A DNA stretch of 64,000 nucleotides from Eubacteriales bacterium (GTDB lineage: Bacteria > Bacillota > Clostridia > Oscillospirales > CAG-272). How positions within the stretch are numbered: position 1 is the first letter of the stretch; each line of letters begins with the position of its first letter. Shown piece by piece: positions 35,050-44,482 of the stretch. The DNA lies in NCBI GenBank assembly GCA_045538685.1, contig JAZSRX010000034.1, forward strand, positions 11,111-75,110, read 5' to 3'. The notes beneath the pieces were generated by a model. It did no database searches and was not told where the DNA came from. It worked only from the letters and a program-made list of their open reading frames with translations. The translations under genes were made by a program, and so were the position numbers.

Positions 35050-36366
35050 ATGAAATTTCTCTACGAGGATTTTTTAATGAAAACTAAAGTTATCAGTAAA
35101 AGCTATGATAAAGTAATGGCGATGCCGAAAAGAAAACATAAAAAGCCGATAAAGCCGAATATGCTTTTCCGCACCCTTCTCAAATTAGTTTCTCTGCCCG
35201 ATATCTGGGCAACAAAGTTTAAGTGCAACAAGATTGGAATGGAAAAGCTGGGCAAAAAAGAACCCGCATTTTTCCTTATGAACCACTCCTGTTTCCTTGA
35301 CCTTGAAATAGTTCCCACCGTACTTTATCCCCGTCCTTTCAATATCGTTGCAACCACAGATGCATTTATCGGCAAGGAGTGGCTGATGCGACAGATAGGA
35401 TGTATATCCACAAACAAATTTGTCACCGAGATGAGTCTTATCAGAGATATGATGTACTCGGTTAAAACCCTGAAATCATCTGTTGTGATGTTCCCCGAGG
35501 CAGGTTATTGCTTTGACGGACGTTCACTTCCCCTGCCCGACACCCTTGGCAAGATGGTTAAGATGATGGGTGTGCCTCTTTGCACAATAATTACAAAGGG
35601 TGCTTTCCACCGCGATCCCCTTTACAACAACCTGCAAAAGCGTCGTGTTCAGGTAAGTGCCGATATGAAATATCTACTTTCCGCAGAACAAATTAAAGAA
35701 ATGTCTGCCGAAGAAATTCAAGAAATTATCCTGAAAGAGTTTAGTTTTGACAACTTTGGTTGGCAAAAAGAGAACAAAATCAAGGTTTCTGAGCCATTCA
35801 GAGCAGATTATCTTAACCGACTTTTGTACAAGTGCCCTGCCTGCGGAGCAGAGGGCAGAATGGTTGGTAAAGGAACAGAAATCTCCTGTCCCAACTGTGG
35901 CAAGAGCTATCATATGGACGAATACGGTGTGCTTACGGCTAAGGAAGGCAAAACCGAATTTTCTCACATTCCCGACTGGTTTGCTTGGCAGAGAGAGTGC
36001 GTAAAGGAAGAAATTGTTGCAGGAAAATATTCTGTTGACCTGCCCTGCGACATAGTGATGACTCTTACCGACTATAAGTTCTATCGGGTTGGCGAGGGAC
36101 GGCTTCGCCATGGCTTTGACGGCTTTGTGCTTGACGGTTGCGAGGACAAGCTTCACTATGAGCATAAGCCACTTTGCTCTCACTCTATAAATTCAGACTT
36201 CTATTTCTATCAGATAGGTGACGTAATTTCCTTTGGAAATCACAACCACTTATTCTACTGCTTCCCCAAGACAAAAGAGGATATTGTATGCAAGGTGCGT
36301 CTTGCCGCCGAGGAAATTTACAAGCTTCGCCGACACGACAAGTCCGCCGCGTGTAATTGTAAATAA
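35050..36366 (+). CDS. Lysophospholipid/glycerol-phosphate acyltransferase-family protein with central zinc ribbon
   Basis: NHSCFLD (HX4D-type block), FPEAG, CPACG...CPNCG. The true start may be ATG 35077, behind GAGGA. Confidence 0.6.
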   Translation: MKFLYEDFLMKTKVISKSYDKVMAMPKRKHKKPIKPNMLFRTLLKLVSLPDIWATKFKCNKIGMEKLGKKEPAFFLMNHSCFLDLEIVPTVLYPRPFNIVATTDAFIGKEWLMRQIGCISTNKFVTEMSLIRDMMYSVKTLKSSVVMFPEAGYCFDGRSLPLPDTLGKMVKMMGVPLCTIITKGAFHRDPLYNNLQKRRVQVSADMKYLLSAEQIKEMSAEEIQEIILKEFSFDNFGWQKENKIKVSEPFRADYLNRLLYKCPACGAEGRMVGKGTEISCPNCGKSYHMDEYGVLTAKEGKTEFSHIPDWFAWQRECVKEEIVAGKYSVDLPCDIVMTLTDYKFYRVGEGRLRHGFDGFVLDGCEDKLHYEHKPLCSHSINSDFYFYQIGDVISFGNHNHLFYCFPKTKEDIVCKVRLAAEEIYKLRRHDKSAACNCK

Positions 36367-36377
36367 AGCGACCATAT

Positions 36378-37580
36378 ATGGAGAAAAACATGAGCGAAAA
36401 CAACGAGTGCAACCAAAGTATTCCTATTGACGATTCCCTTCCAGGAAACCTTGTACTTGTTAGCCCCGAGGAGCTTCTTGAGCTTGCTAAGAGCTACTAT
36501 ACAGGCAAGGGCATAGCAAAAAACTATGAATGGGCGGTGCGAATTTTCCGTTATCTCTCTAACAGAGGGAACGCAGAAGCACAGCGAAATCTGGGGAATT
36601 GCTATTACGACGGTTTTGGTGTTCCAAAGGACTACGAAAAGGCTGTGGAATTATATCAAAAGGCAGCCGACCTGGGTAATGCCTGTGCACAAGACAATCT
36701 TGGCGACTGTTATTACTTTGGAAAAGGCACAAACCAAAGCTACGAAAAGGCTGTGATATGGTACCAAAAGGCAGCCGAGCAAAATTATGCAAAAGCACAA
36801 AACAACATTGGGTATTGTTTTGAAAAAGGACTGGGCGTACCGCAGAACTATGCGAAAGCAGCAGAGTGGTACCAAAAAGCGGCCGAGCAAGGCTATGTAA
36901 AGGCACAGTACATACTTGGATGTTATTATGAAAACGGCATCGGTGTTCCAAGAGACTACAGAAAGGCTGTAGAATTATATCAAAAGGCAGCCAATCGTGG
37001 TGATCCCAAATCATTGTGCAATCTCGGAAGTTGCTATGGAAATGGCCTAGGTGTTCCAAAAGATTATGCAAAAGCTGCAGAGCTTTTCCAACAAGCAGCT
37101 GACCTGGGTAATGCCTGTGCACAAGACAATCTTGGCGACTGTTATTACTTTGGAAAAGGCACCAACCAGAGCTACGAAAAGGCTGTGATATGGTACCAAA
37201 AGGCAGCCGAGCAGAATTATGCAAAAGCGCAAAACAACATTGGGTATTGTTTTGAAAAAGGACTGGGCGTACCGCAGAACTATGCGAAAGCAGCGGAGTG
37301 GTACCAAAAAGCGGCCGAGCAAGGTGATGCAAAAGCACAATTCAACCTTGGAATTTGCTATAAACACGGGCAAGGCGTTCCGCAGAATTACGCAAAGGCT
37401 GTAGAGTGGTATCAAAAAGCCGCCAATCAAGGTGACGCAAAGGCACAATTCAACCTTGGTGTTTGCTATTACAACGGACAGGGCGTTTCAAAAAATACTG
37501 CTACAGCAAAAATGTGGTTTGAAAAGGCAGCCGTACAAGGAGACCAACGTGCAATAGAAAACCTGAAAAAACTGTATTAA
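36378..37580 (+). CDS. Sel1-like (SLR/TPR-type) repeat protein
   Basis: About ten copies of the ~36-aa unit AxxWYxKAAEQGxAxAQxNLGxCYxxGxGVPxxYxKA. An alternative start is ATG 36390, behind GGAGA. Confidence 0.85.
   Translation: MEKNMSENNECNQSIPIDDSLPGNLVLVSPEELLELAKSYYTGKGIAKNYEWAVRIFRYLSNRGNAEAQRNLGNCYYDGFGVPKDYEKAVELYQKAADLGNACAQDNLGDCYYFGKGTNQSYEKAVIWYQKAAEQNYAKAQNNIGYCFEKGLGVPQNYAKAAEWYQKAAEQGYVKAQYILGCYYENGIGVPRDYRKAVELYQKAANRGDPKSLCNLGSCYGNGLGVPKDYAKAAELFQQAADLGNACAQDNLGDCYYFGKGTNQSYEKAVIWYQKAAEQNYAKAQNNIGYCFEKGLGVPQNYAKAAEWYQKAAEQGDAKAQFNLGICYKHGQGVPQNYAKAVEWYQKAANQGDAKAQFNLGVCYYNGQGVSKNTATAKMWFEKAAVQGDQRAIENLKKLY
36669..36892 (+). repeat. 224-nt intragenic duplication, copy 1 (copy 2 at 37101-37324; offset 432 nt = 4 Sel1 units)
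   Basis: I counted 5 mismatches in 224 nt by eye. Confidence 0.85.
37101..37324 (+). repeat. 224-nt intragenic duplication, copy 2
   Basis: See copy 1. Confidence 0.85.
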
Positions 37581-37595
37581 GATTTATTATAAAAA

Positions 37596-37632
37596 CAAAA
37601 ATCCCGAAGGACATTCCTTCGGGATTTTCTCT
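37596..37632. terminator. Bidirectional rho-independent terminator between the convergent Sel1 and LRR genes
   Basis: AAAAACAAAAATCCCGAAGG-ACATT-CCTTCGGGATTTTCT. Confidence 0.8.
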
Positions 37633-37707
37633 TAGGGCGGGTTTCTTATTTCGCCCGGGTTTTATGTATTATTAGTTTGTTTTGTTATATTTTTATGCGA
37701 TCTTGTC

Positions 37708-39165
37708 TTAGGGAACGTAGTTGTAGTGAATGGTTGCGGATGTCAAATTGTCGTTATAATCGCCGATAGATATTTCATTCCATTCTACTTTACTACCTGT
37801 GTAGTACACGTCTGTAAGCGAGTCGCAATTATAGAACGCAAATTCGCAAATGGATGTAACACTGTCAGGAATGTTAATGTTTGTCAGCGAGATGCAATAA
37901 TCGAACGCATAACTTCCAATGGATGTAACACTGTCCGAGATAGTAATGCTTGTCAGCGATGTGCACCAATAGAACGCACCGGGTCCAATGGATGTAACAC
38001 CCTCGGGTATTACAAACTCAGCATCCTGCTTTCCAAGTGTATAATGTATCAATGTTTTGCCGTCTTTTGAATAAAGGTTTCCGTCTATGGATTTGAATGC
38101 AGTATTATTTTCATCAACCTTGATGTTTGTCAGCGATGCGCACCAATGGAACGCACCAGAGCCAATAGATGTAACACCCTCGGGGATTGTAATGCTTGTA
38201 AGCGAGAGGCAATAAGAGAACGCACCAGAGCCAATAGATGTAACACTGTTAGGAATGTTAATGTTTGTCAGCGAGTCGCAATTATAGAACGCCCACTTGC
38301 CAATGGATGTAACACTGTCAGGAATGTTAATGTTTGTCAGCGATGTGCAATCTAAGAACGCATCATCTCCAATGGATGTAACACCCTCGGGGATTGTAAT
38401 GCTTGTCAGCGAGCGGCAACCATCGAACACATAATCTCCAATGGATGTAACACTGCCGGGAATTTCTATGCTTGTAAGCGAGGAGCAACCCCGGAACGCA
38501 AAATCTTCAACCCTGTCACCGCTGTTTATTACAACCTTAGTTAAAGACTCAGGAATATCCGAATTGCTGGTGCCAAAAAGCTTTGAAAGTCCGCTTACAT
38601 AATCGCCGTACTCATTATTAAACCACCGCTCTCCTCTGGCAATATAAGGAATTGTCAGACTTTCAAGAGATGAACAACCTGCAAAAATGGGAGCATCAAT
38701 AACCTTCACACTGTCGGGAATTACGACAGTCTTGACTGTAGTGTTGTTTTTGAAGGCATCTGCGGCAATAGCGGTTACCAATCCTTTTTTGTGGGTCTTG
38801 GGAACGACAATCATCTTTTCCTTGCCGGCACTGCCAAGCGACATTAGAGTGTATGTTCCGTCATAGTTGATAGCGAATTCAAGTCCTTCTGTTACCACAA
38901 GATCATCGTCATCATCCTTATCATTCTTCTTGTCAGAGTCCGAGGTCTTTTCGTCATCATCTCTGTCGTCATCATTATTACCGCCCAAAATGGCCACCAA
39001 TGCAACCGCAATTATAGCAACAATTAAAACCGCTGCAATTGCAATTATCAAAACGTTTTTGTTGATGCCGTTCTGAGCCGTCGGCTTTTCTTCGGGCTGT
39101 ATTACTTCCTTCACTTCGGGAGCTTCATTCATCTGATTTTCATTCAAATTCTTGTTTTCTTCCAT
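37708..39165 (-). CDS. BspA-like leucine-rich-repeat surface protein, N-terminal signal anchor (485 aa)
   Basis: ~23-aa repeats CxSLTSITIPEGVTSIGxxAF; N-terminal MEENKN...TM...LGG; D/K-rich linker; C-terminus ATIHYNYVP. Confidence 0.8.
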   Translation of the reverse strand: MEENKNLNENQMNEAPEVKEVIQPEEKPTAQNGINKNVLIIAIAAVLIVAIIAVALVAILGGNNDDDRDDDEKTSDSDKKNDKDDDDDLVVTEGLEFAINYDGTYTLMSLGSAGKEKMIVVPKTHKKGLVTAIAADAFKNNTTVKTVVIPDSVKVIDAPIFAGCSSLESLTIPYIARGERWFNNEYGDYVSGLSKLFGTSNSDIPESLTKVVINSGDRVEDFAFRGCSSLTSIEIPGSVTSIGDYVFDGCRSLTSITIPEGVTSIGDDAFLDCTSLTNINIPDSVTSIGKWAFYNCDSLTNINIPNSVTSIGSGAFSYCLSLTSITIPEGVTSIGSGAFHWCASLTNIKVDENNTAFKSIDGNLYSKDGKTLIHYTLGKQDAEFVIPEGVTSIGPGAFYWCTSLTSITISDSVTSIGSYAFDYCISLTNINIPDSVTSICEFAFYNCDSLTDVYYTGSKVEWNEISIGDYNDNLTSATIHYNYVP

Positions 39166-39177
39166 TGTTTTGTCCTC

Positions 39178-42100
39178 TTAATTGTTTGATGCTTTGAAAT
39201 AGTCTCTTAAAATATCTCTGCCTGCTCTTGTGGGCTCGCTGTCACGCACCTTGTAGATAACCCTGTCGCCTGTGGGAGCAAAACGTATGCCCCGATACTT
39301 GCCAGACAGAGTCGCCCAGGCATCAAAGTTGGGTTTTCCTATATGAATAATAAGATTTTCGTCTTTATACTCCACCCTGGAGAAGCCAAGCTCCTCGCAA
39401 ATTGCCTTCATAAGAGCAACTTCAAGCAATCGCTCTGCACTTCTTGGCGGATTGCCGTAGCGGTCGATCATCTCGTCAAACACATCGTCTGCGTCCTCGG
39501 CAGAGGAGATAAGCGAGATTTTTTTATACATTTCCATTCTGCCTGCTTGGGCGGGAATGTAGCTTTCGGGAATGTAGGCACTGACCTTCATATCAATAAG
39601 GGTTTGTGCTCTTTCCTTTTTGGTTTCGCCACGTTCTTCAAGAACCGCCTCGTTCAGCAGTTTAACATACAAATCGTAACCAACACTGTCGATATATCCG
39701 TGCTGTTCTGCACCGAGAAGGTTTCCTGCTCCGCGGATTTCCAGGTCGCAAAGGGCAATCTTGAAGCCGGCACCGAACTCGGCATATTCCTTGATAGCCG
39801 AGAGACGTTTTTCAGCCACCTCGGACAGTGCCTTTCCGGGACGGTAGGTAAAGTATGCATATGCCTGTCTTTCGCTTCTGCCAACTCTGCCCCTGATCTG
39901 ATGAAGCTGAGAAAGGCCGAAACGGTCGGCATTTTCAATAATAAGAGTGTTTGCGGTAGGCAGGTCGATGCCTGTCTCGATTATGGTTGTGCAGACAAGA
40001 ATGTCAATATCTCCAGCCACAAGCATTCGCCAGATGTCCTCCAGCTCGTCTTTATCCATTCTGCCGTGAGCAACCGCCACACGTGCGGTGGGCATATCGT
40101 GGGCAATTCTGTCTGCGATAAGGTCAATTGATTCGATTTTATTGTAAAGATAAAGCACCTGGCCGCCTCGGGCAAGCTCGCGTCTTATTGCGTCATAAAT
40201 AATTCCGTCGTCGTGCTCCAAAACGTAGGTCTGAACGGGACGGCGATCCTCGGGTGCCTCGTCAAGTATGGAGATGTCGCTGATTCCGTTCATCGCCATA
40301 TTAAGAGTTCTGGGAATTGGAGTTGCGGTCAGTGTAAGCACGTCGACGTTTTTCGCCATTTCCTTCAGCTTTTCCTTTTGGGATACACCGAAACGCTGTT
40401 CCTCGTCTACGATCAGCAAACCAAGATCGCGGAATTCAATGTTTTTAGAAAGCAGCTTGTGTGTGCCGATAAGAATATCCACCTCGCCGCGTTTCACCTT
40501 GCGAATAATCTGTGCCTGCTCTTTGGGCTTTTTAAATCGGGTGAGCATTTCAACGGTTATGGGATATCCTCTCATTCGGGAGAGCACAGTCTGATAGTGC
40601 TGCATTGCAAGAATTGTTGTGGGAACAAGGAATGCCACCTGTTTTCCGCCCATAATTGCCTTGAAGGCGGCCCTCAAAGCAACCTCGGTTTTGCCAAATC
40701 CAACGTCACCGCAAAGCAGTCTGTTCATCGGAATGGGCTTCATCATATCCGCCTTTATCTCGGAAATTGCCACCGTCTGTGACTCGGTTTCCTCGTGCTC
40801 GAAGGCATCGGCAAAACCAAGCTCAAGGTCGCAGTCCTCAGGGAAGGCAAAGCCGGGTTTTCTCTGTCTCTCGGCATAAAGGGCGATAAGTCCTTTTGCA
40901 ATATCCTTGGCGGCCGCCTTGGCACGTGACTTTGTGCGTTGCCACTCCGAACCGCCCATTTTTGACAGCTTAACACCGCCGTCTTTATCTCTTTCGCCGA
41001 TATATTTGCCGATCATTTCCAGACGATCGCAGGGAACGAAAAGCTTATCCGTACCGGCATATTTTATGGTAATATAGTCCTTTGTAACACCCATTGCGGT
41101 TACGGTTTCAATTCCCTCAAAGAGACCGATACCGTAATTTGCGTGAACAACATAATCGCCTTCCGAAAGGTCGGCATAGCTCATCAGTCGCTGTCCCGCA
41201 CCCCCGGATTTACGAAGAATACGCTGACGGCGACGGTGTGCCATAACCGCCTTGCCACCTTCCTCTGCCATTGAGAGAACGGCGATCTTTGGGTTTATAA
41301 GGTCAAAACCCTCGTGGGTTGCCTCGGTTATGAAAATTCTGCCCGCTTCTGCCCCGGAAAGCTGAAAATCTCCCTCGGGAAGTCTTGATGCCGAGATGTC
41401 AACATCGGCAAAGGCATTTATAAGCGATGCAGTTCCGCCCGGGTTGTCGGTGAGAAGCAGAATACGGTACATAGAACGGCGAAGGGCAGAAATATCCTCA
41501 AGAAGCATATTGAAATTGCCGCCGTAATTTACGCATCTGCGAGAGCGGAAGCCAAAAAGTCCGGAAAGTGTCATAGAGCCAACACCGCCGGAAAAACTGT
41601 TTATATGAACTGCCAAATTCTCTGAAAGCTTCTCCTTGTATTCATCTTCGCCCAGGTGGAATTTGGAGTATTTTTTCTCAATTAAACCTTCGTTTTGTAA
41701 AGTTTGGTTTTCGTTTTTAAGATATTCTGCGTATTTTTTCAACTCTTCAAGGCAGTTGTTTGTGCCGAGAGTAAAGCAAATATATCTGCCGCATTTTTTA
41801 AAATAGGAGAACAAGCTCTCCTCGCTTTCATAGATAAGCGGAAGATATTTGTCGCGGAAATCAATGGCAGAGTCGGACTCAATAACCGCCTTCTCACGAA
41901 GGAGTCTTGCCCTTGCGTTTTCCTCTTTGACAGCCGACAAAAGACGGTTACAGGAGTTAAGCATTCGCCCCCTTGCCTCTTTGCTTACCGTAACCTCGGT
42001 GGCAGGAAGCAGCTTTACAGAGTCGCAAATGCCCTCTGATCGCTGAGAAATGGGGTCAAAATAGGAAAGGCGGTCAATTTCGTCGCCGAAAAATTCGATA

Positions 42101-42696
42101 CGGACGGGCCTTTCGGTCTCGCCGCCGAAGAAGTCTATTATACCGCCTCTGCGTGAGAACTGTCCTCTGCTCTCCACACTTTCCACACTTGCAAAGCCGA
42201 GGGCAACCAATCTTTTCGCCAGCTCCTCGGGGGGCAAAATATCGCCAACCTTTATGTCCACCGACATAGATTTTAATAAATCGGCAGGAATTGTAAGCAT
42301 TGAAGCGGCAGAGGGTGTGGTTACAACCACCCGACAATCGCCCGAAAGAATGAGCGAAAGCACCGAAATCCTCTCACGATCAATGTCATGAGAGGCACGA
42401 ATATTATGAAACACAAGGTCGCGTTTTTTGTAGCTGACCGCATTGATACCGACAAGGCGAAGATCCTCTGTCACCTTTACAACCTCTTGCGGTGTGGATG
42501 CAAGAATAAGAACGGGAGAGTGGGAAAGCTCCACCGCCTCACGCACCGCCTCTGCAAGAAAGGCAGATTCTGCACCGCCCGTCAGGCCATTCACCGCGAT
42601 AGGCAGGCATTGGTCGGCAAAAAACGCGTCCTTCATACAGGACAGAAAGCCGGAAAACTCGCTGTCGCATCTGATTAAACTTGTGATTTTTTTCAT
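39178..42696 (-). CDS. mfd: Transcription-repair coupling factor
   Basis: 1172 aa; VHANYGIG (CarD/RID), GDVGFGKTEVA, DEEQRFG helicase motifs. Confidence 0.95.
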   Translation of the reverse strand: MKKITSLIRCDSEFSGFLSCMKDAFFADQCLPIAVNGLTGGAESAFLAEAVREAVELSHSPVLILASTPQEVVKVTEDLRLVGINAVSYKKRDLVFHNIRASHDIDRERISVLSLILSGDCRVVVTTPSAASMLTIPADLLKSMSVDIKVGDILPPEELAKRLVALGFASVESVESRGQFSRRGGIIDFFGGETERPVRIEFFGDEIDRLSYFDPISQRSEGICDSVKLLPATEVTVSKEARGRMLNSCNRLLSAVKEENARARLLREKAVIESDSAIDFRDKYLPLIYESEESLFSYFKKCGRYICFTLGTNNCLEELKKYAEYLKNENQTLQNEGLIEKKYSKFHLGEDEYKEKLSENLAVHINSFSGGVGSMTLSGLFGFRSRRCVNYGGNFNMLLEDISALRRSMYRILLLTDNPGGTASLINAFADVDISASRLPEGDFQLSGAEAGRIFITEATHEGFDLINPKIAVLSMAEEGGKAVMAHRRRQRILRKSGGAGQRLMSYADLSEGDYVVHANYGIGLFEGIETVTAMGVTKDYITIKYAGTDKLFVPCDRLEMIGKYIGERDKDGGVKLSKMGGSEWQRTKSRAKAAAKDIAKGLIALYAERQRKPGFAFPEDCDLELGFADAFEHEETESQTVAISEIKADMMKPIPMNRLLCGDVGFGKTEVALRAAFKAIMGGKQVAFLVPTTILAMQHYQTVLSRMRGYPITVEMLTRFKKPKEQAQIIRKVKRGEVDILIGTHKLLSKNIEFRDLGLLIVDEEQRFGVSQKEKLKEMAKNVDVLTLTATPIPRTLNMAMNGISDISILDEAPEDRRPVQTYVLEHDDGIIYDAIRRELARGGQVLYLYNKIESIDLIADRIAHDMPTARVAVAHGRMDKDELEDIWRMLVAGDIDILVCTTIIETGIDLPTANTLIIENADRFGLSQLHQIRGRVGRSERQAYAYFTYRPGKALSEVAEKRLSAIKEYAEFGAGFKIALCDLEIRGAGNLLGAEQHGYIDSVGYDLYVKLLNEAVLEERGETKKERAQTLIDMKVSAYIPESYIPAQAGRMEMYKKISLISSAEDADDVFDEMIDRYGNPPRSAERLLEVALMKAICEELGFSRVEYKDENLIIHIGKPNFDAWATLSGKYRGIRFAPTGDRVIYKVRDSEPTRAGRDILRDYFKASNN

Positions 42697-42762
42697 TTTG
42701 TTTCTTCTTTATTTCATTGCAAATAATTGCTTGATTATTAGCCGAAGTGTTGTAAAATGGCT

Positions 42763-42818
42763 CTTTGAACTCTGCACTCTGAACTATGAATTCTGCACTC
42801 TGAACTCTAAATTTTACA
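42763..42818 (+). repeat. Heptamer array, 8 units of CTCTGCA/CTCTGAA type
   Basis: CTTTGAA CTCTGCA CTCTGAA CTATGAA TTCTGCA CTCTGAA CTCTAAA TTTTACA. Confidence 0.85.
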
Positions 42819-42826
42819 CTCATTTA

Positions 42827-42983
42827 CTACCGCGAGCTTGAGAGCAAACGGCGATATGAAACAAATTACGCCATAATTTAAATAAGAGTGGGAAATTTGA
42901 TTTCAAATTGTTGTTTGCGACCCGAAGCGGTAGAAAGCTACCGCAAGCTTGGGAGCAAACGGCGATATGAAACAAATTACACC
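42827..42983 (+). repeat. Two ~46-nt direct repeats (42827-42872, 42938-42983); the second is preceded by the hairpin GCGGTAG-AAAG-CTACCGC (42927-42944)
   Basis: CTACCGC[GA]AGCTTG[AG]GAGCAAACGGCGATATGAAACAAATTAC[GA]CC; related to the 108-nt units at 32.3 kb. Confidence 0.8.
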
Positions 42984-42985
42984 TC

Positions 42986-43609
42986 TTATTTAGAGTGCTT
43001 CGCCATAGCGGAGTCAATCTCTCCCTTGATAATCAACTCGGTGGCATCGGCTATATCTGCAAAGCGGTCCTGCATTTTCTTTATATCGCCTTCGGGCATT
43101 TTGCCAAGCACCCAGTCGGCAAGATCGTACTCGGGATTGGGCTTTTTGCCTATGCCGATTTTTATTCTGGGAAAGTTCTCGCCGGGAAGCGATGCAATAA
43201 TGCTTTTCAGTCCGTTATGACCGCCTGCAGATCCCTTACGGCGAATACGAATAATGCCGGGATCAAAGCTTATTTCGTCGTGAAGCACAAGCACCTGTTC
43301 GGGCGGAATTTTATAAAAAGCAGCCGCCTCGCCTACCGCCACACCCGAATTATTCATCAATGTGGTGGGCTTCATAAGCAAAACTCTTGCTCCGCCGATA
43401 TTTGCCTCTGCAACGGTTGCGTGGAACTTTACCCTGTCAATTTTCACACCGTATTTCTCGGCAATATAGTCTATGGCAAGAAAGCCCGCGTTATGACGTG
43501 TCTTTTCATACTGCTTTCCGATATTGCCAAGCCCGACCACAATAAAGCTGACAGGCGTGGTCTGGGGCTTCGACTCAATTTTCTTAAATAAATCAAAAAT
43601 ATTACTCAT
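42986..43609 (-). CDS. pth: Peptidyl-tRNA hydrolase
   Basis: ATG 43609 (MSNIFDLFKK); the ORF-track start at 43690 overlaps the upstream gene. VGLGNIGKQYEKTRHNAGF signature. Confidence 0.9.
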   Translation of the reverse strand: MSNIFDLFKKIESKPQTTPVSFIVVGLGNIGKQYEKTRHNAGFLAIDYIAEKYGVKIDRVKFHATVAEANIGGARVLLMKPTTLMNNSGVAVGEAAAFYKIPPEQVLVLHDEISFDPGIIRIRRKGSAGGHNGLKSIIASLPGENFPRIKIGIGKKPNPEYDLADWVLGKMPEGDIKKMQDRFADIADATELIIKGEIDSAMAKHSK

Positions 43610-44234
43610 CGTCAATCTCTCTAAGCATAATAAGCTCCTTGGCATAAGGAAGCTTTTCAATTTCGGCACAAAGTATTTTCCACTCGTCAAGCTTGTGATA
43701 ACGTCTCGCCTTGTAGATGCCGATAAGAACCTCGTAATTCAAAGTCACTGTACGAAGCTGGTTATATGATGTGGGAAGCATCTGAATCATATTGTGCCAG
43801 TGTGCCTTGTCCTTTGTCTCGATAAAAGCAAGACGCTCCCTCTCCATAAAGGCGATAACAGAGTCAAGAACCGAAAGGCCTTCCTCGCTCATTTTTTCGC
43901 AGGAAAAGTCCTCACGCACGAACTCTTTTGCCTGTATTTTGTGCATTGTGGAGCAGGAGTTGGCAACCGTACCAACCTTGTATGTATCAAACTCCTTCCA
44001 CCAGTAAAGAGGTGCGGTGATGTCAAGCGAAACTATAACCTGACGGAGAAATTTTCTGTGATCGCTGCCTGCCTTTGCAAGTCGTGACGCAAGAGAAAGA
44101 TCGTTGTCACCAAGCACATAATTGCCGTCGGCATCATAGTAAGAGTCCATTCTCGCCCAGCTGTTCATAGGGTTTCTTGCACCGCGAATTGCGTTGTCAA
44201 AATTCATTACACAGATATTATTTATCTTGATCAT
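43602..44234 (-). CDS. ThyX (Thy1)-like protein lacking the canonical RHR motif (210 aa), tentative
   Basis: HRKFLRQVIVSLDITAPLYWWKEFDTYKVGTVANSCSTMH aligns by eye to the ThyX block [39 protein letters not shown]. Confidence 0.4.
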   Translation of the reverse strand: MIKINNICVMNFDNAIRGARNPMNSWARMDSYYDADGNYVLGDNDLSLASRLAKAGSDHRKFLRQVIVSLDITAPLYWWKEFDTYKVGTVANSCSTMHKIQAKEFVREDFSCEKMSEEGLSVLDSVIAFMERERLAFIETKDKAHWHNMIQMLPTSYNQLRTVTLNYEVLIGIYKARRYHKLDEWKILCAEIEKLPYAKELIMLREIDDE

Positions 44235-44412
44235 TGTATTGTCCTCGTAAGTTGTTTAATTTATTTATTATATCACATTAATTAGGGTTATGTCAATAGA
44301 TGAGGGCTTAAAAGATAGGCAAATCGGTTTGCCAAAATGGCGAGTAAAAAACAATCCGACACGCAAAAAAGAGTTTGTAAAGATAATATGACACAAAAAA
44401 ACAAATACCTAT

Positions 44413-44440
44413 TGTTTTCCTTCTCCCAAAGTGCTATAAT
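44413..44440 (+). promoter_or_regulatory. Promoter with extended -10 upstream of the small LRR gene
   Basis: TTGTTT, 16 nt, then TGcTATAAT. Confidence 0.5.
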
Positions 44441-44482
44441 TGAAGTGATACAATTAGACGATACAAAAAAAGGAGAAAAAAC

